Part shown: piece by piece, positions 26,634-37,900 of the stretch
Layout: each line of letters starts with the position of its first letter
Numbering within the stretch: position 1 is the first letter of the stretch
Assembly (NCBI GenBank): GCA_964016885.1
Contig: OZ024743.1
Location: forward strand, 370,636,001-370,700,000
Length of the DNA stretch: 64,000 bases
From: Eledone cirrhosa
Taxonomy: Eukaryota
Reading direction: 5' to 3'
Translations under genes and position numbers: made by a program
Notes under the pieces: model-generated
Told to the model about the DNA's origin: nothing
Database searches by the model: none
What the model saw: only the letters and a program-made list of their open reading frames with translations

Positions 26634-26816
26634 GGCGGTGGATTGGCAGTATCAGTAGAGGGTCGGACTCCATGCTTTCCAGCATAGTTACGTCCATTTA
26701 CGATCTGAGTTCAAATCCCGCCGAGGATGACTTTGCCTTTCATCCTTACGGGGTCGATAAAATAAAGTACTAGTAATGCACTGGATAATTGCTGGCCTTG
26801 TGCCAAAAGTAGAAAC
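26634..26816 (+). mobile_element. tRNA-derived SINE
   Basis: Full head GGCGGTGGATTGGCAGTATCAGTAG, B box, core and ATT tail. Confidence 0.9.
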
Positions 26817-26826
26817 AATTATTATT

Positions 26827-29800
26827 ACCTTCTTTCATTATTGTTTCTGAGATATATGCCGAGTGTCTTCCTGACACCTAGGGCAAATAAATTCACAGTG
26901 TGCATTGGTAAGCCAGTTAATACAGCACATTGATTATAAAAAAAAAAAAACAGTATACATATATACACATATGCATATGCATGTGTAAATACAAGGAGGG
27001 ATATCCATCTTACAGAGATAGTGCTCTTCTCAATACGTGTGCAGTACCAGTCAAAACAATTTTTTGCATTTCGTGCAGAGAGGGTAAACCATGAATCATT
27101 CGCAAATATTGTTCTGTTCCTTTCTTGATCATACCCAGTCCTCCCACAATCACTGGTATTGTAATGGCCTTGAGGTGCCACATTTTCTCAATTTCAATAA
27201 GTAGATCTTTATATTTTCGTAGCTTGTCAAATCCTTTTGCTGCGATATTGTGATCACATGGGATGCTCATATCTATCAATAAACAGACCTTTTTATGTTG
27301 ATCTTTTACAATGATATCAGGTCTATTTGCTTTTATGGTCCTGTCAGTATGTACAGGAAAGTCCCAGAGAATTGTTACTTCTCCTTAGTTACAGCCTCAG
27401 GGTGATGGTTGTACCACTTGTCTTCAGCTTTGATTTTGTAATGCCAACAATATTACCCATTGTAGATATTGGCCAACTCTGTCATGTCTATATTTGTATT
27501 CTACTGGTGCTAAAACTTTACATCCAGAAACTAGATGATCCACTGTTTCAGCCTCAGCATTGCAGAATCGGTACTTTGGGTTTATTCCGTTTCTCATCGC
27601 ATTGGACTGGTAATTACGAGTCAATAAGCTTTGATCTTGGGCAGCTAAGATGAAGCCTTCACTCTCCACCTTTAGCCCTAAAATACGTAGCCACTAATGG
27701 GTGTGCTTTTGGCCAACATCACCTTGTTTGCCACGGGCCACATATTTGCCATGCAGAGGTTTCTGCTCCCACTTTGATGCTAATTGTCCTTGCCCTTTTG
27801 CTTTTGCCAGTGAATTTATGTGCCTAGCAGCATCAGTTGCAACAGTTTCTTTAGTCTGTCCAGCCTGGCTATCAAGCATGAGATCAGTAGCATATTTTTT
27901 GCTCTCCTTCAAGATAGAATGAAGCTTCTTACTTCTCTCATGCTTTTCAACAAGATTCAGCATACAGTCGTTAGTTGTTTCAAGGTATTTGGCCAGTCCA
28001 ATGATGGTGGTCTTGTAAACAAGTTCAAATTGGATCAGGCCACAGCCTCCTTGAGTTCTAGGAAGGTAAAGACGATCCACATCTGCTTTCGGGTGGTGCA
28101 TCCTATTACAGGTCAGTAGCTTACGGACTTTGGTGTCAATTCTTTTGATTTCACTCATATTCCAGTTCAACACACCAAAGCTATAAGTGACAACTGGGAT
28201 TGCCAAGGAATTTATGGCTAACAGCTTGTTACGAGCATTTAGTTCTGATCTCAGAACTGCATGTACTCTCCTGTAACATTATTTCCTTATCCTCTCTTTC
28301 ATACTTGCATGCTGTATGCTAGAGCCCTCATTAATCCCTAAGTATTTATAGGTTTGTTCCTGCTCAAGTTCCTTTATGATTGTTTCAGCATCCAATTCAA
28401 CTGAGGCTGAGTTGACAAGCTTCCCCTTCTTGAAAGTGGCTTTTGCACACTTGTCAAATCCAAACTCCATCCTGATGTCATCACTAAACGTTTTTACTGT
28501 CCGCAAAAGGCCTTCCAGTTCATCATTATCTTTGCAATATAGCTTCAAATCATCCATATAAAATAGGTGGCTTATTTTTTTGTTGTCAATTCTATAACCG
28601 TACCCTGTTCTATTAAGTTCGGATGTAAGGGGTATTAAAGCTATGCAGAAAAGCAAGGGTGAAAGTGAGTCCCCCTGGAATATACCATAGTAGATGTTTA
28701 TATTCCTAGAGCACAGTACCCCAGTGGAATGAGACAATTGGAGATTTATGTTCCATAATGACATATTTTGTTTCAGGAAGTTTGAGATCACAGGTGAGAT
28801 TTTGAAGATGTCCAGTGATTTCAGAATTCATGAGTGTGGTATGCTGTCAAATGCTTTTTTATAATCGATCCATGCAGAACTGATATTTCTGTGGTTATTA
28901 TGACAGTTCTCAAGGATCATACGATTAATCAAAAGTTGATCTTTGCAACCATATGAACCTTGTCGGCACCCTTTTTGTTCAATGGGGAAAAGATTTTTCT
29001 CCTCCAAAAACACGTATGCTTTTTCCATGAGAATAGAGGTTATGGGCCAATAGTTTTTTTGGATCTTTGGTTTCGTTGTTCTTTGGTAGAAGGTAGGTAA
29101 TGCCACTTGCTATCCAATCAGGTGTATTTTTTGGATCTTTCATAATTCCATTAAACAGCTTGACCCATTTATGAGATTTATTGAGTGTTGTCCTTAAGTC
29201 CCCTATAGAGATGTCTTCCCACGCCTGTTCTTCTAAATTTGTGTAGGATTTTTCCAGGCGATTAATCCAATCTACATTAGCATTATATGTCTTCTCATCA
29301 CTCCAAATCTTACTCCAGAAGTTTTCAACTTCTTCAATAATTATATTTTTCTTCCCTACTTCTCTATAAAATGACTTGGCAGTGGATGAGAACAACTTAT
29401 TTTGCCTGTAGAAGTTGTTTCGCTTCTCGAATCTACGAATTCATTGGGCTTTTACTTGGACTTTTTGTTTCAGAGATTCTTTTGTTGAAACTATTGCTTC
29501 TCTAGAAGACAGTTCATATTTTCTCTTTAGCTTTCTTACCTTCTTGGATCTTATATCATTTCCTGCGGTTAACTCACTCAATAAAGATATTTCTCCTCTC
29601 ATTACATCAATCTCCTTTTCGATTCTACTCCTCCAAATTGGTTTACCTCGAAGGTTTGACTTTTTTTGTCTTTTTGGTGGTAAACAACTTCTTTCAATTA
29701 CTCTAGCAGATGCATAAATGATTGCATTTAACTCAGTAAGATCAGGTTCTAGTTCTATGATTTCTTTTGTCACAGAATTACCAATCTTTATTTGTTTTCT

Positions 29801-30682
29801 ATTTTGTATTGTATTCGGGAGTTTTGAAGTGGTTCTCTAACATTTACACTAGAATGTCTTACTACTGCAAGCTCATTCAGTATTTTTTGCTTTAATTCCT
29901 TCATAGTCTCCCTGTGTTCTTCAGCAGATGTTTGATTTTCAATTACTGTTTCTAAGTCCCTCCCTATTTTCAGCGGGTTCAATAGAGCTTCTCATTTCTA
30001 CAAACCTATTTGTGATTTGGTCAGATGGAGGTCTTTCAGTAAAGACTTGTGACTGGTTACTATCTCCAGGAGATTCTTCAGTTTTTTCATCATTTATATT
30101 TATGTCATTCTTCACAGCCTGCTTGATCGCAGTTAGTTCAGTGTCTGTGAGTCTATTATTTCTGAAGATATACCTCCTTACATTTCCAACTTATTTCCAT
30201 CCATATCACGTCTGCTAGCTTGATTCTGAGTTTTCCAGATTTTGTAGGAGTTTAAAGTGTGTCTGTCTTGTGATGGCTTACCTAATGCATAGTAATATGC
30301 ATATATTACTTCTTTATAACCTAAAAGGATGAAATAGACCCGAGAAGAGTTCTCGGGTCCATTTCATCCTTTTAGGTTTTTCTTTTTGAGGTGGTTTGGG
30401 TGGTGGATCTGGAGGACTTGAGTTGGGGCAATCCCCGATCAAGTGACCAACCAGGTCCATAATTGGAGAAGAGTTTGTGCCAGAGGAGGACTTTTCGATC
30501 TCAGGTTGGCACCTTCCTGAGGGATGCGCTTCCTGATTAACCATAGGAAAAGCGATTTGGTATTGTGTATTAATTTTTATTTGTTCATCTCGCAGTACAT
30601 GCTTGCGTTACGCATGGTATTGGATGTACATGGAAAGTTGCCCGGCTCTTTGGGTAGTGCATTTGCTGGCTGGCACTGAGAT
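26827..30682 (-). mobile_element. Decayed near-full-length R4/Dong-like LINE (RT, CCHC, restriction-like endonuclease)
   Basis: WIDYKKAFDS, GIFQGDSLSPLLF, LFYMDDLK, ETVDHLVSGC, RPDI..LIDMSIP and KIVLTGTAHVLR; flanked by ATT tracts. Confidence 0.9.
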
Positions 30683-30699
30683 CATTATTACTATTATAA

Positions 30700-30816
30700 C
30701 GGTCTGAGTTCAAATCCCGCCGAGGTTAACTTTGCCTTTCATCCTTACGGGGTCGATAAAATAAAGTACCAGTAATGTACTGGGTATTTGATGGCCTTGT
30801 GCCAAAAGTATAAACA
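30700..30816 (+). mobile_element. 5'-truncated SINE
   Basis: B box onward of the same SINE family. Confidence 0.85.
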
Positions 30817-31910
30817 ATTATTACTATTATAACAGTATAGTTATGGTCATTGCTGTTGTTGATTGAGGTGATATTGTTATGGTTGCAGCTGTAAGAGGTG
30901 TACAAGAATTTTCTCAACTGTTCTTGTGGTGTGAGTGGTGTTGGTGGTGGTGGCAGGGAGATTAATGGTGGGGGTGGGGATGCTGAGAGTGGTAATGGGT
31001 AGGGTGACATTGTAGTTTATAGGAGTTGCTTCTCCAATGTTATTTTCTGTCTATTTTGAGTTTGAGGTGTAAATGGGGTGCTAGTATTCTTTTTTTCTTC
31101 CCTTTGGTTTTGTCCTTTATGTGGGCTCCATACACATACATAAATATACATTCACACGTGCATACTTATACACACGTATGTATATACACACATATATATA
31201 TAGACATGAAAAATGCGCAAGCTCAAAAGTGCCACAGAATGTTATAATAAACCTTCAAAAGTGTGGGACTAGAGTTGTTGCTAAAAAATATTGTAATCAT
31301 TATATATCGTACATTCTGTGGCATCCTTTAGTGTCGAGGTAGACACTAAAGTCCATCCCTCTACCCGGCCCACCGCTGCCCCCGAACAGCTGAGCGAAGT
31401 GTCGCTGAAAAGCTTCACACATTTGCCCGGGATCGAGTAGCATGCGCCCGTCGTGGTCCACCAAAGACCGGATCGTGGCTTTGTTGCCACGACGCGCCTC
31501 CGCCACTCGGGCCCATTGAACGGCTTTCGTACCCTCGTGTCTGAGAGCACGCACCCTAGCTCTGACAACGCAGCCTTCGTGCTTTGCATTGAAGAATTGG
31601 TCAAGGGCCAATTTCGCCGCAAGCACGTCGGTCGCGATGCCTTTGCTAAGCCCCTCGTCTAATTTTCTAACTAATTCTCCCTCTGCTCTATTTTTCTCTA
31701 TTGCTAAAGCCTTACTAAACCTAATCGATTCTATTCTAATCGCTCTTTTCAGAGCAAACCACCACTTGTTGTTGACGATGGCCCCCGTCAACGCCCGCTT
31801 AACTAGTTCGCTAATCCGGTCTCTGTAGGCCTTGCGCGCTGGTAAGGACGCGTTTAGCTTCCAGTAGCCGGGTCCTCGTCTATGAAGCCTATCTAAGTCA
31901 AGCACACAGG

Positions 31911-32600
31911 TCACGAATTTGTGGTCGTGTAGCTGACTATCTTGAATTGTGGACAGCCTATGCTAGACCTATCTATTTCCCTACAAAATACTCTATCTAG
32001 ATATGATCTGGATGACCCTATGCGGTTTGTCCAAGTCCACATTGGCACATTCGGGAAATCCAATCGGTACCTGTCAGACAGTTCAAAACGCCTGAGCAGG
32101 TTGGTGAGGCTCTTGCACCCTCCACCCCTATCCGCTAATCCCACACAGTCCCAGCGTGCATCTAAGATCTCGTTCCAGTCGCCCACTAACACTAAAGAGC
32201 GGGACGTTCCAAGAAAGGTCTCCAGACGCCGGAAGAAATCAGGCCGCCCTGCTCCTGTCGGGGCATAGACGGCCACTAGCCTGAAAGCTTGCCCGTCTCC
32301 GCTAGTCACGTCCAGCACCACCAGCTTACCCTCTGGGTCCAGGAAGATGGCCCGTATGGCGAGATCCAAACCTCTCCGAAAAAGCACAGCAACTCCTCCA
32401 CCCGATCCAGGACGGCTGGGAGATGCGTACACATCGTAGCCGCCGAAGATCGGTGCGAAGGCCCGTGCTTCGGAGATTCTGGTCTCGCTGATGGCCACTA
32501 CATCTATGTTTAGTGACCTGAGGTCGTTGAGCAGGTGACCCTGCTTCCATGACGACCCCAAGCCACGCGCATTTATGCTGCCTATTCTGAGTGAGGTCAT
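31911..32600 (-). CDS. ORF2 APE endonuclease domain, family A
   Basis: IGSINARG, ISET, VYAP, GDWN and YLDRVF. Confidence 0.9.
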   Translation of the reverse strand: MTSLRIGSINARGLGSSWKQGHLLNDLRSLNIDVVAISETRISEARAFAPIFGGYDVYASPSRPGSGGGVAVLFRRGLDLAIRAIFLDPEGKLVVLDVTSGDGQAFRLVAVYAPTGAGRPDFFRRLETFLGTSRSLVLVGDWNEILDARWDCVGLADRGGGCKSLTNLLRRFELSDRYRLDFPNVPMWTWTNRIGSSRSYLDRVFCREIDRSSIGCPQFKIVSYTTTNS

Positions 32601-32635
32601 GTTTAAAATAGAGTGGAAAAGATGGGAAAGACCAC

Positions 32636-34765
32636 TTACCGTACTTTTGGTAGAGGAGGGATGGTTTTTACATCCCTTTTCACTTGATCGTCTGGTGAAG
32701 GGACCGTTGAATCGTCCCTTCGGCTGGTCGTCGGCTCTTCTAAGAGAATGTCTGAGTATACTCTTCGATTGATGGTTCCTCCTAGGTCCCTGAAATCACC
32801 AACTGCGTTGGGGAATTTCGTTTTAATGTTTGTGTATTGTTTCTGTGCTATTTTTAGCAGTCTTATGTTAGTTGGCGTTTTGATTGGTGCTGGTATTATG
32901 TAGTCCTGTTGTGAAATGTCTGTGTGTTCAATTATGTAAGTCATTAGTTTCTTGTGTGTATTTATTGCCGTGCATTTGTTTTTCTGGGGGTGGGGTGTGC
33001 TTCTGCTATTTTCTTGTCGTTGTTGCTGGGTGTGTGTGTTTTGTTGTTGTGTTTGCGATGTTGGTGCATGTGGTGGTGGTGTTGAAGGTGTTGTTGGCGG
33101 TGGGGTTGTCGCCGGTGGTGATGGTGGTGCTAGTGTGGGTGGTGATGGTGTTGGTGTTGTTGCTGCTGTGAGGTTCTTTGCAGTAGACTTTACCCTTTTC
33201 TCATTTCTTTCCTCCCTTTTCAAAGGCGACGATGCGCTGCTTCTGCGTTTGTGCCTTCTTACGACCTTTTGCCATCTCTCTCCCACCTCACACTCCATGT
33301 CTGATTCTGTGAGGTCGGGGAGGGGTACCAGCTCCACTCTTTCACTTGTTGTTGTTGGTGATGTTTGCACTGGAGTCTCTGTTGCAGCTGCATTTGGTAT
33401 TGCAGTTGTTGTTGTTAGTATTTCCACTGCTGCTGCTGTTTTTGATTTCCGTGGAGTGGGTATGGGTGCCACGGGCCTATCGTTCCTGGTTGCCGCTTGT
33501 CCTGTTGCTGGTAGCCGTGGAGCCGGATTCGGAAGGAGGGGGGTTTTCTCCTTTCTCAGGGTCTTCTCGCTGCAGAAGGCCCTGAGGTGAGTCTTCGATC
33601 CACAGCGAAAGCATTTCGGGCGTTTGCCCTCAACACTTATGGGCAGTTGAGTGCCGTTATCGAAGTCTATCACATCCGGGATAGCTTCGATGCACTCCTG
33701 GTTGGTTTGGATTAGCATCTCAATGGAGGAGCCGACCCAATCTTCTCTTACTTTTTTCTGTACTTGCAGTACAGTTGTTTTGTCCTCGATTCCGACGAGG
33801 ACAGACGCGGCCAGCCAAGAAGGGGTCATTCCGGGGGGGACGTGGGTCAGTTTGACCCTCACAATTTTTTGCCCGCAGTAGGAGGGCACCAACACCATTT
33901 CCTCGCTCCTTAGGGTCACTACTGATTGGGCCTTTGCCTCCTGGGGTGTGGCAAAAAGTACGTCTACGGTGGCATATTTTTTGCCTCGGGTGATGTGCGT
34001 TTTCCGCTGCCACACAGACCCCAAGGCTTTTTGTATTTGAGCCTCTGTGGCTCTTTCCACCCTACGGGATTTTGTACTTACTGTACGGTACGTGACCGTA
34101 CAGTGCTCTTGGGTTTCGAAAAATGTTTCCGCTGCCTTGCAGATTGCTCGGTGTCCGTTCTTTGTCACCATCTTCTTCGCTTCCTCTAATTCCTCATTTG
34201 TTATGAGGATTGTTTCCAAGTTTTTCGCAATACCTGCAAATGAGATTGGTTTTTCTCTGCTGTTGTTGTTGTCGTCAGAGCTGCTGGTACTTTTGTTGTT
34301 GCTGCAGGTACTACGACTACTGCCTCCGCCTCTGTTGCTGTGGTTGTTGTTGGTGTTGCTGCTGCTAATGCTGTTGTTGTTTATGCTGCTGGTGATGCTG
34401 TTGCGGCTGCTACTGTTGTTTTCATTGTCACTGTTGCTGTTGTTATTACGGCTGCTACTGCTATTATTCCTGACGTCAGACGAATGAACTGGGTTTTCGT
34501 ATTTCCCGCACACCTGTTTCGTCGCTGTCGTCGTCGTCGTGGAGAAACCTTGCACGCTTTGCACGAGACTTTTCTTTTCTTTCGTCACTTGCGAAAGAGA
34601 AGGGAGGGAGAGAGACACATTTAAAGAAGGGAGGGAGAGAGACAATCTTCTCTCTGCTGTAGTGATGATTGAGGAAGAAGAAGACGGAATGAGTGGGAGT
34701 GACGTATGAAATTTCTTTTTCGTAGCCATCTTGTTTTTTTGTTTAAAATGAAATTTTGGGTACAA
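32636..34765 (-). CDS. ORF1 family A, open for 709 aa: N/S-rich N-terminus, folded core, CCHC knuckle, P/T-rich tail
   Basis: SFAGIA; CFRCGSKTHLRAFC (CX2CX4HX4C); WQKVVRRHKRR; the likely ATG is the M of MATKKK. Confidence 0.85.
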   Translation of the reverse strand: MYPKFHFKQKNKMATKKKFHTSLPLIPSSSSSIITTAERRLSLSLPSLNVSLSLPSLSQVTKEKKSLVQSVQGFSTTTTTATKQVCGKYENPVHSSDVRNNSSSSRNNNSNSDNENNSSSRNSITSSINNNSISSSNTNNNHSNRGGGSSRSTCSNNKSTSSSDDNNNSREKPISFAGIAKNLETILITNEELEEAKKMVTKNGHRAICKAAETFFETQEHCTVTYRTVSTKSRRVERATEAQIQKALGSVWQRKTHITRGKKYATVDVLFATPQEAKAQSVVTLRSEEMVLVPSYCGQKIVRVKLTHVPPGMTPSWLAASVLVGIEDKTTVLQVQKKVREDWVGSSIEMLIQTNQECIEAIPDVIDFDNGTQLPISVEGKRPKCFRCGSKTHLRAFCSEKTLRKEKTPLLPNPAPRLPATGQAATRNDRPVAPIPTPRKSKTAAAVEILTTTTAIPNAAATETPVQTSPTTTSERVELVPLPDLTESDMECEVGERWQKVVRRHKRRSSASSPLKREERNEKRVKSTAKNLTAATTPTPSPPTLAPPSPPATTPPPTTPSTPPPHAPTSQTQQQNTHTQQQRQENSRSTPHPQKNKCTAINTHKKLMTYIIEHTDISQQDYIIPAPIKTPTNIRLLKIAQKQYTNIKTKFPNAVGDFRDLGGTINRRVYSDILLEEPTTSRRDDSTVPSPDDQVKRDVKTIPPLPKVR

Positions 34766-34945
34766 AACCCCAATAACTGGTTATTTAACCCCGAAGGGCC
34801 AAATAACGGACAGAAAGACCCCTCTCACGAGGAGGAGGGTGTCTTTATCAACAATTTGGTTCAAGTTTTAAACAATTTACAATTGTTTTAACGGTTAAAA
34901 ATTACTATACCTTACAGAGCCGAGCCTCCGTCAACCATGGCATTC

Positions 34946-34975
<30 letters not shown>

Positions 34976-34976
<1 letters not shown>

Positions 34977-37900
34977 TTTTCTTTATTAACCACAAGGGTT
35001 TACATAAAGTAGACATTAAGGACAGTACAGGACAATACAGGACGGTACAAATGGGCATTTCTGCCTGTAAAAAACAGGATGTAATAAAATAACAAAGAAA
35101 AATTCCCCAATAGGGGGAGACTTCCGAGGGACATTTGTGGAGAAAGCCCATTAAAAGACCACAGTGACCCTGACCACCAGAGCAAGTGCTCTCTCCCAGT
35201 TTTCCACCTTTAATTTACAGACACATACTCAGAGAAGGCCCATTCATTCGGGCCATACTTGCTTCTCTCACCCATCTTTCAACAAAATGCTGATTTTCCT
35301 TTTCAAATGAAATTTGAAAAAGTTAATCAGGGCATCACCGAAGAGGTAAGTGCTCGTCTTCAGCCCTTTCAAACGTGTCCACCATACTATCTCTTTCGCC
35401 ATGGCCACCAGACAGATAAAAACTGCCTGCCCTTCCCGGCTAAAGGAAGAGGGCGGGGCAATCCTCCCGGTGGACTCAGCTGATAGCTGGATCCGTCCTA
35501 CACGTGACAGCAGGTGTTCGACATAAACCCACAAGTAAGCAATGCTCGGACACTGGACGAGTGCGTGCAGGACGGTTTCGTCGCCCTGTGCGCATCTCGG
35601 ACATGCCCGGCTGACGGCACCTCCATGCCTGTAGAGTTTATCCCGAACTGGCAAAGAACCCCGGTAGCACTGCCAGGCCAGGGATTTCTGGAAGTTGTCC
35701 ATAGGCCCCAGCCCGAAAGTTCTTCCGAAGAGATTGGCTAGTTGATTTTCGTCGACTCCTAGAGTTTCTCCAAGTACGTCGTCGCTCTTACCCTCCACTA
35801 ATCCCCTATAGAACACCAAGGTGGAGTTTCCACCGATCACATTGCCCGATTGGTCGAGGGCTGTGAGCGCCTGAAGACATTCCAGTCTCCAAGCGCTCCC
35901 TCTCAGTCTTCGCTTGACCCAGGACTGCAGCTCCGTCAAGGAGACGAGCTGGGGAAAAACGTGTCTAGCAAACGGCGACCACACCTGATATCACCGTCGA
36001 GGAAGAGGTGGAGATTTCGTAGCCTGAGCGCGTGTCTGCGCATCATCAGCCACGGCATGCCCAGCCCTCCACGTAGCGGGTGTTGACAGCAGATGGACCG
36101 CCTGACCATCGGAGCGCGTCCCTTCCACAAGAAGCGAAAGAGCAAACGCTCCAGCGCAGTTAGGCGGGGCTTAGGACAAGGTACGACGGTCAGGCGGTAG
36201 TAGATGACGGACGCGATGTACGCGTTAGCCACCTCCGCTCGACCTTTCAGGGATAGCTTCCTCTCGGCCCATTTCTGGGTGAGAGAAGCCACCCTGCTCG
36301 TCACCTCGTCCCAGTTTTTGTCCGTCTGGAGGTCTGGACCGAACCAGACCCCTAGCAATTTAACCGGTCCGTCCGTCCAGCGCCCGACGACGCTGTTGGA
36401 CGGCATGGACCTGCCTCTCCAGGTGCCGAGCTGCAGGCCCACTGACTTTTCCTGGTTGATCATTTCTCCTGTCACCGCTTCGTATTCTCTTAGTGTAGTG
36501 CCGATCGCCTCGATGTGTTTGGCGTTCGACACCACTACGGTGACATCGTCGGCATATGCTGACATGGATCTTCCGCATCCTAGTTCGCGCGGGACCCCCT
36601 CAACGTCTCCAGTTTGTGCAGTAATGGCTTGAGAGTCAATACGTACAATAGGGACGAGAGGGGACATCCTTGGCGGACCGAGCGCATGATGTTGAACGGT
36701 TCCGAAAGGTGACCGTTCACTCTCACCACAGAGCAGATGTCGCTGTGCATGGCAGCGATCCAGCCTCTGAAGACGGGCCCAAAGCCAGCCGCCCTCAGGA
36801 CTGCCGCTAGGTAACGATGGTCGACCCTATCGAAGGCTTTCGACTGATCTAAATTCATCAAAGACCCATCCGTGCCAGGTTCCCTAGCTACCCTCTCTAC
36901 GATGTATCGCATGAGGTGGAGGTTGTCGTGGATGGATCTGTCGGGAATGGCGCATGTCTGTGCCTCTCCCACCAGACCACCAACGACAAGCGCCAACCTC
37001 TTTGCTAGCACCTTGGCCAAAATCTTGAACTCTGTGTTTAGCAGAGGTATGGGCCTAAAATTATGTATGTTATCCCCCTTGTTCGGATCCTTTCTCAGCA
37101 GTGCCACCGCTCCTCGGCTCACAGAACTGGGAATTCTCCCGTTCTGTTGCCAGTTGCAGTAGACGTCCGCCAAGAGGCCTCCGAACAAGTCTGGCATCTG
37201 TACGTAAAGTTCATAGGGCAGACCATCCAAACCAGGCGATTTACCCCTTGTGCAGCCAGTCATTGCCTCCCTTACTTCAGCGGCTGTTATCGGTTTTTCG
37301 CAACACTCCGCCTCAACCCCCGAACAGCTGAGTGAAGTGTCGCTGAAAAGCTTCACACATTTGCCCGGGATCGAGTAGCATGCGCCCGTCGTGGTCCACC
37401 AAAGACCGGATCGTGGCTTTGTTGCCACGACGCGCCTCCGCCACTCGGGCCCATTGAACGGCTTTCGTCCCCTCGTGTCTGAGAGCACGTACCCTAGGTC
37501 TGACAACGCAGCCTTCGTGCTTTGCATTGAAGAATTGGTCAAGGGCCAATTTCGCCGCAAGTACGTCGGTCGCAATGCCTTTGCTAAGTGCCTCGTCTAA
37601 TTTTCTAACTAATTCTCCCTCTGCTCTATTTTTCTCTATTGCTAAAGCCTTACTAAACCTAATGGATTCTATTCTAATCGCTCTTTTCAGAGCAAACCAC
37701 CACTTGTTGTTGACGATGGCCCCCGTCAATGCCCGCTTAACTAGTTCGCTAATCCGGTCTCTGTAGGCCTTGCGCGCTGGTAAGGACGCGTTTAGCTTCC
37801 AGTAGCCGGGTCCTCGACTATGAAGCCTATCTAAGTCAAGCACACAAATCACAAATTTGTGGTTCATGTAGCTGACTATCTTGAATTGTGGACAGCCTAT

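Larger units (their letters stand above)
31333..34945 (-). mobile_element. L1/Tx1 family A copy, 3'-truncated
   Basis: 5' end directly follows (ATT)10; intact ORF1; ORF2 APE frameshifted near 31914 and cut at FSVYLD. Confidence 0.9.

Noticed and set aside
32884-34624. Long antisense ORFs over L1 ORF1 with poly-Leu/Val tracts
   Set aside because: Mirror frames of (AAC)n and (ACC)n low-complexity coding sequence; no independent motifs
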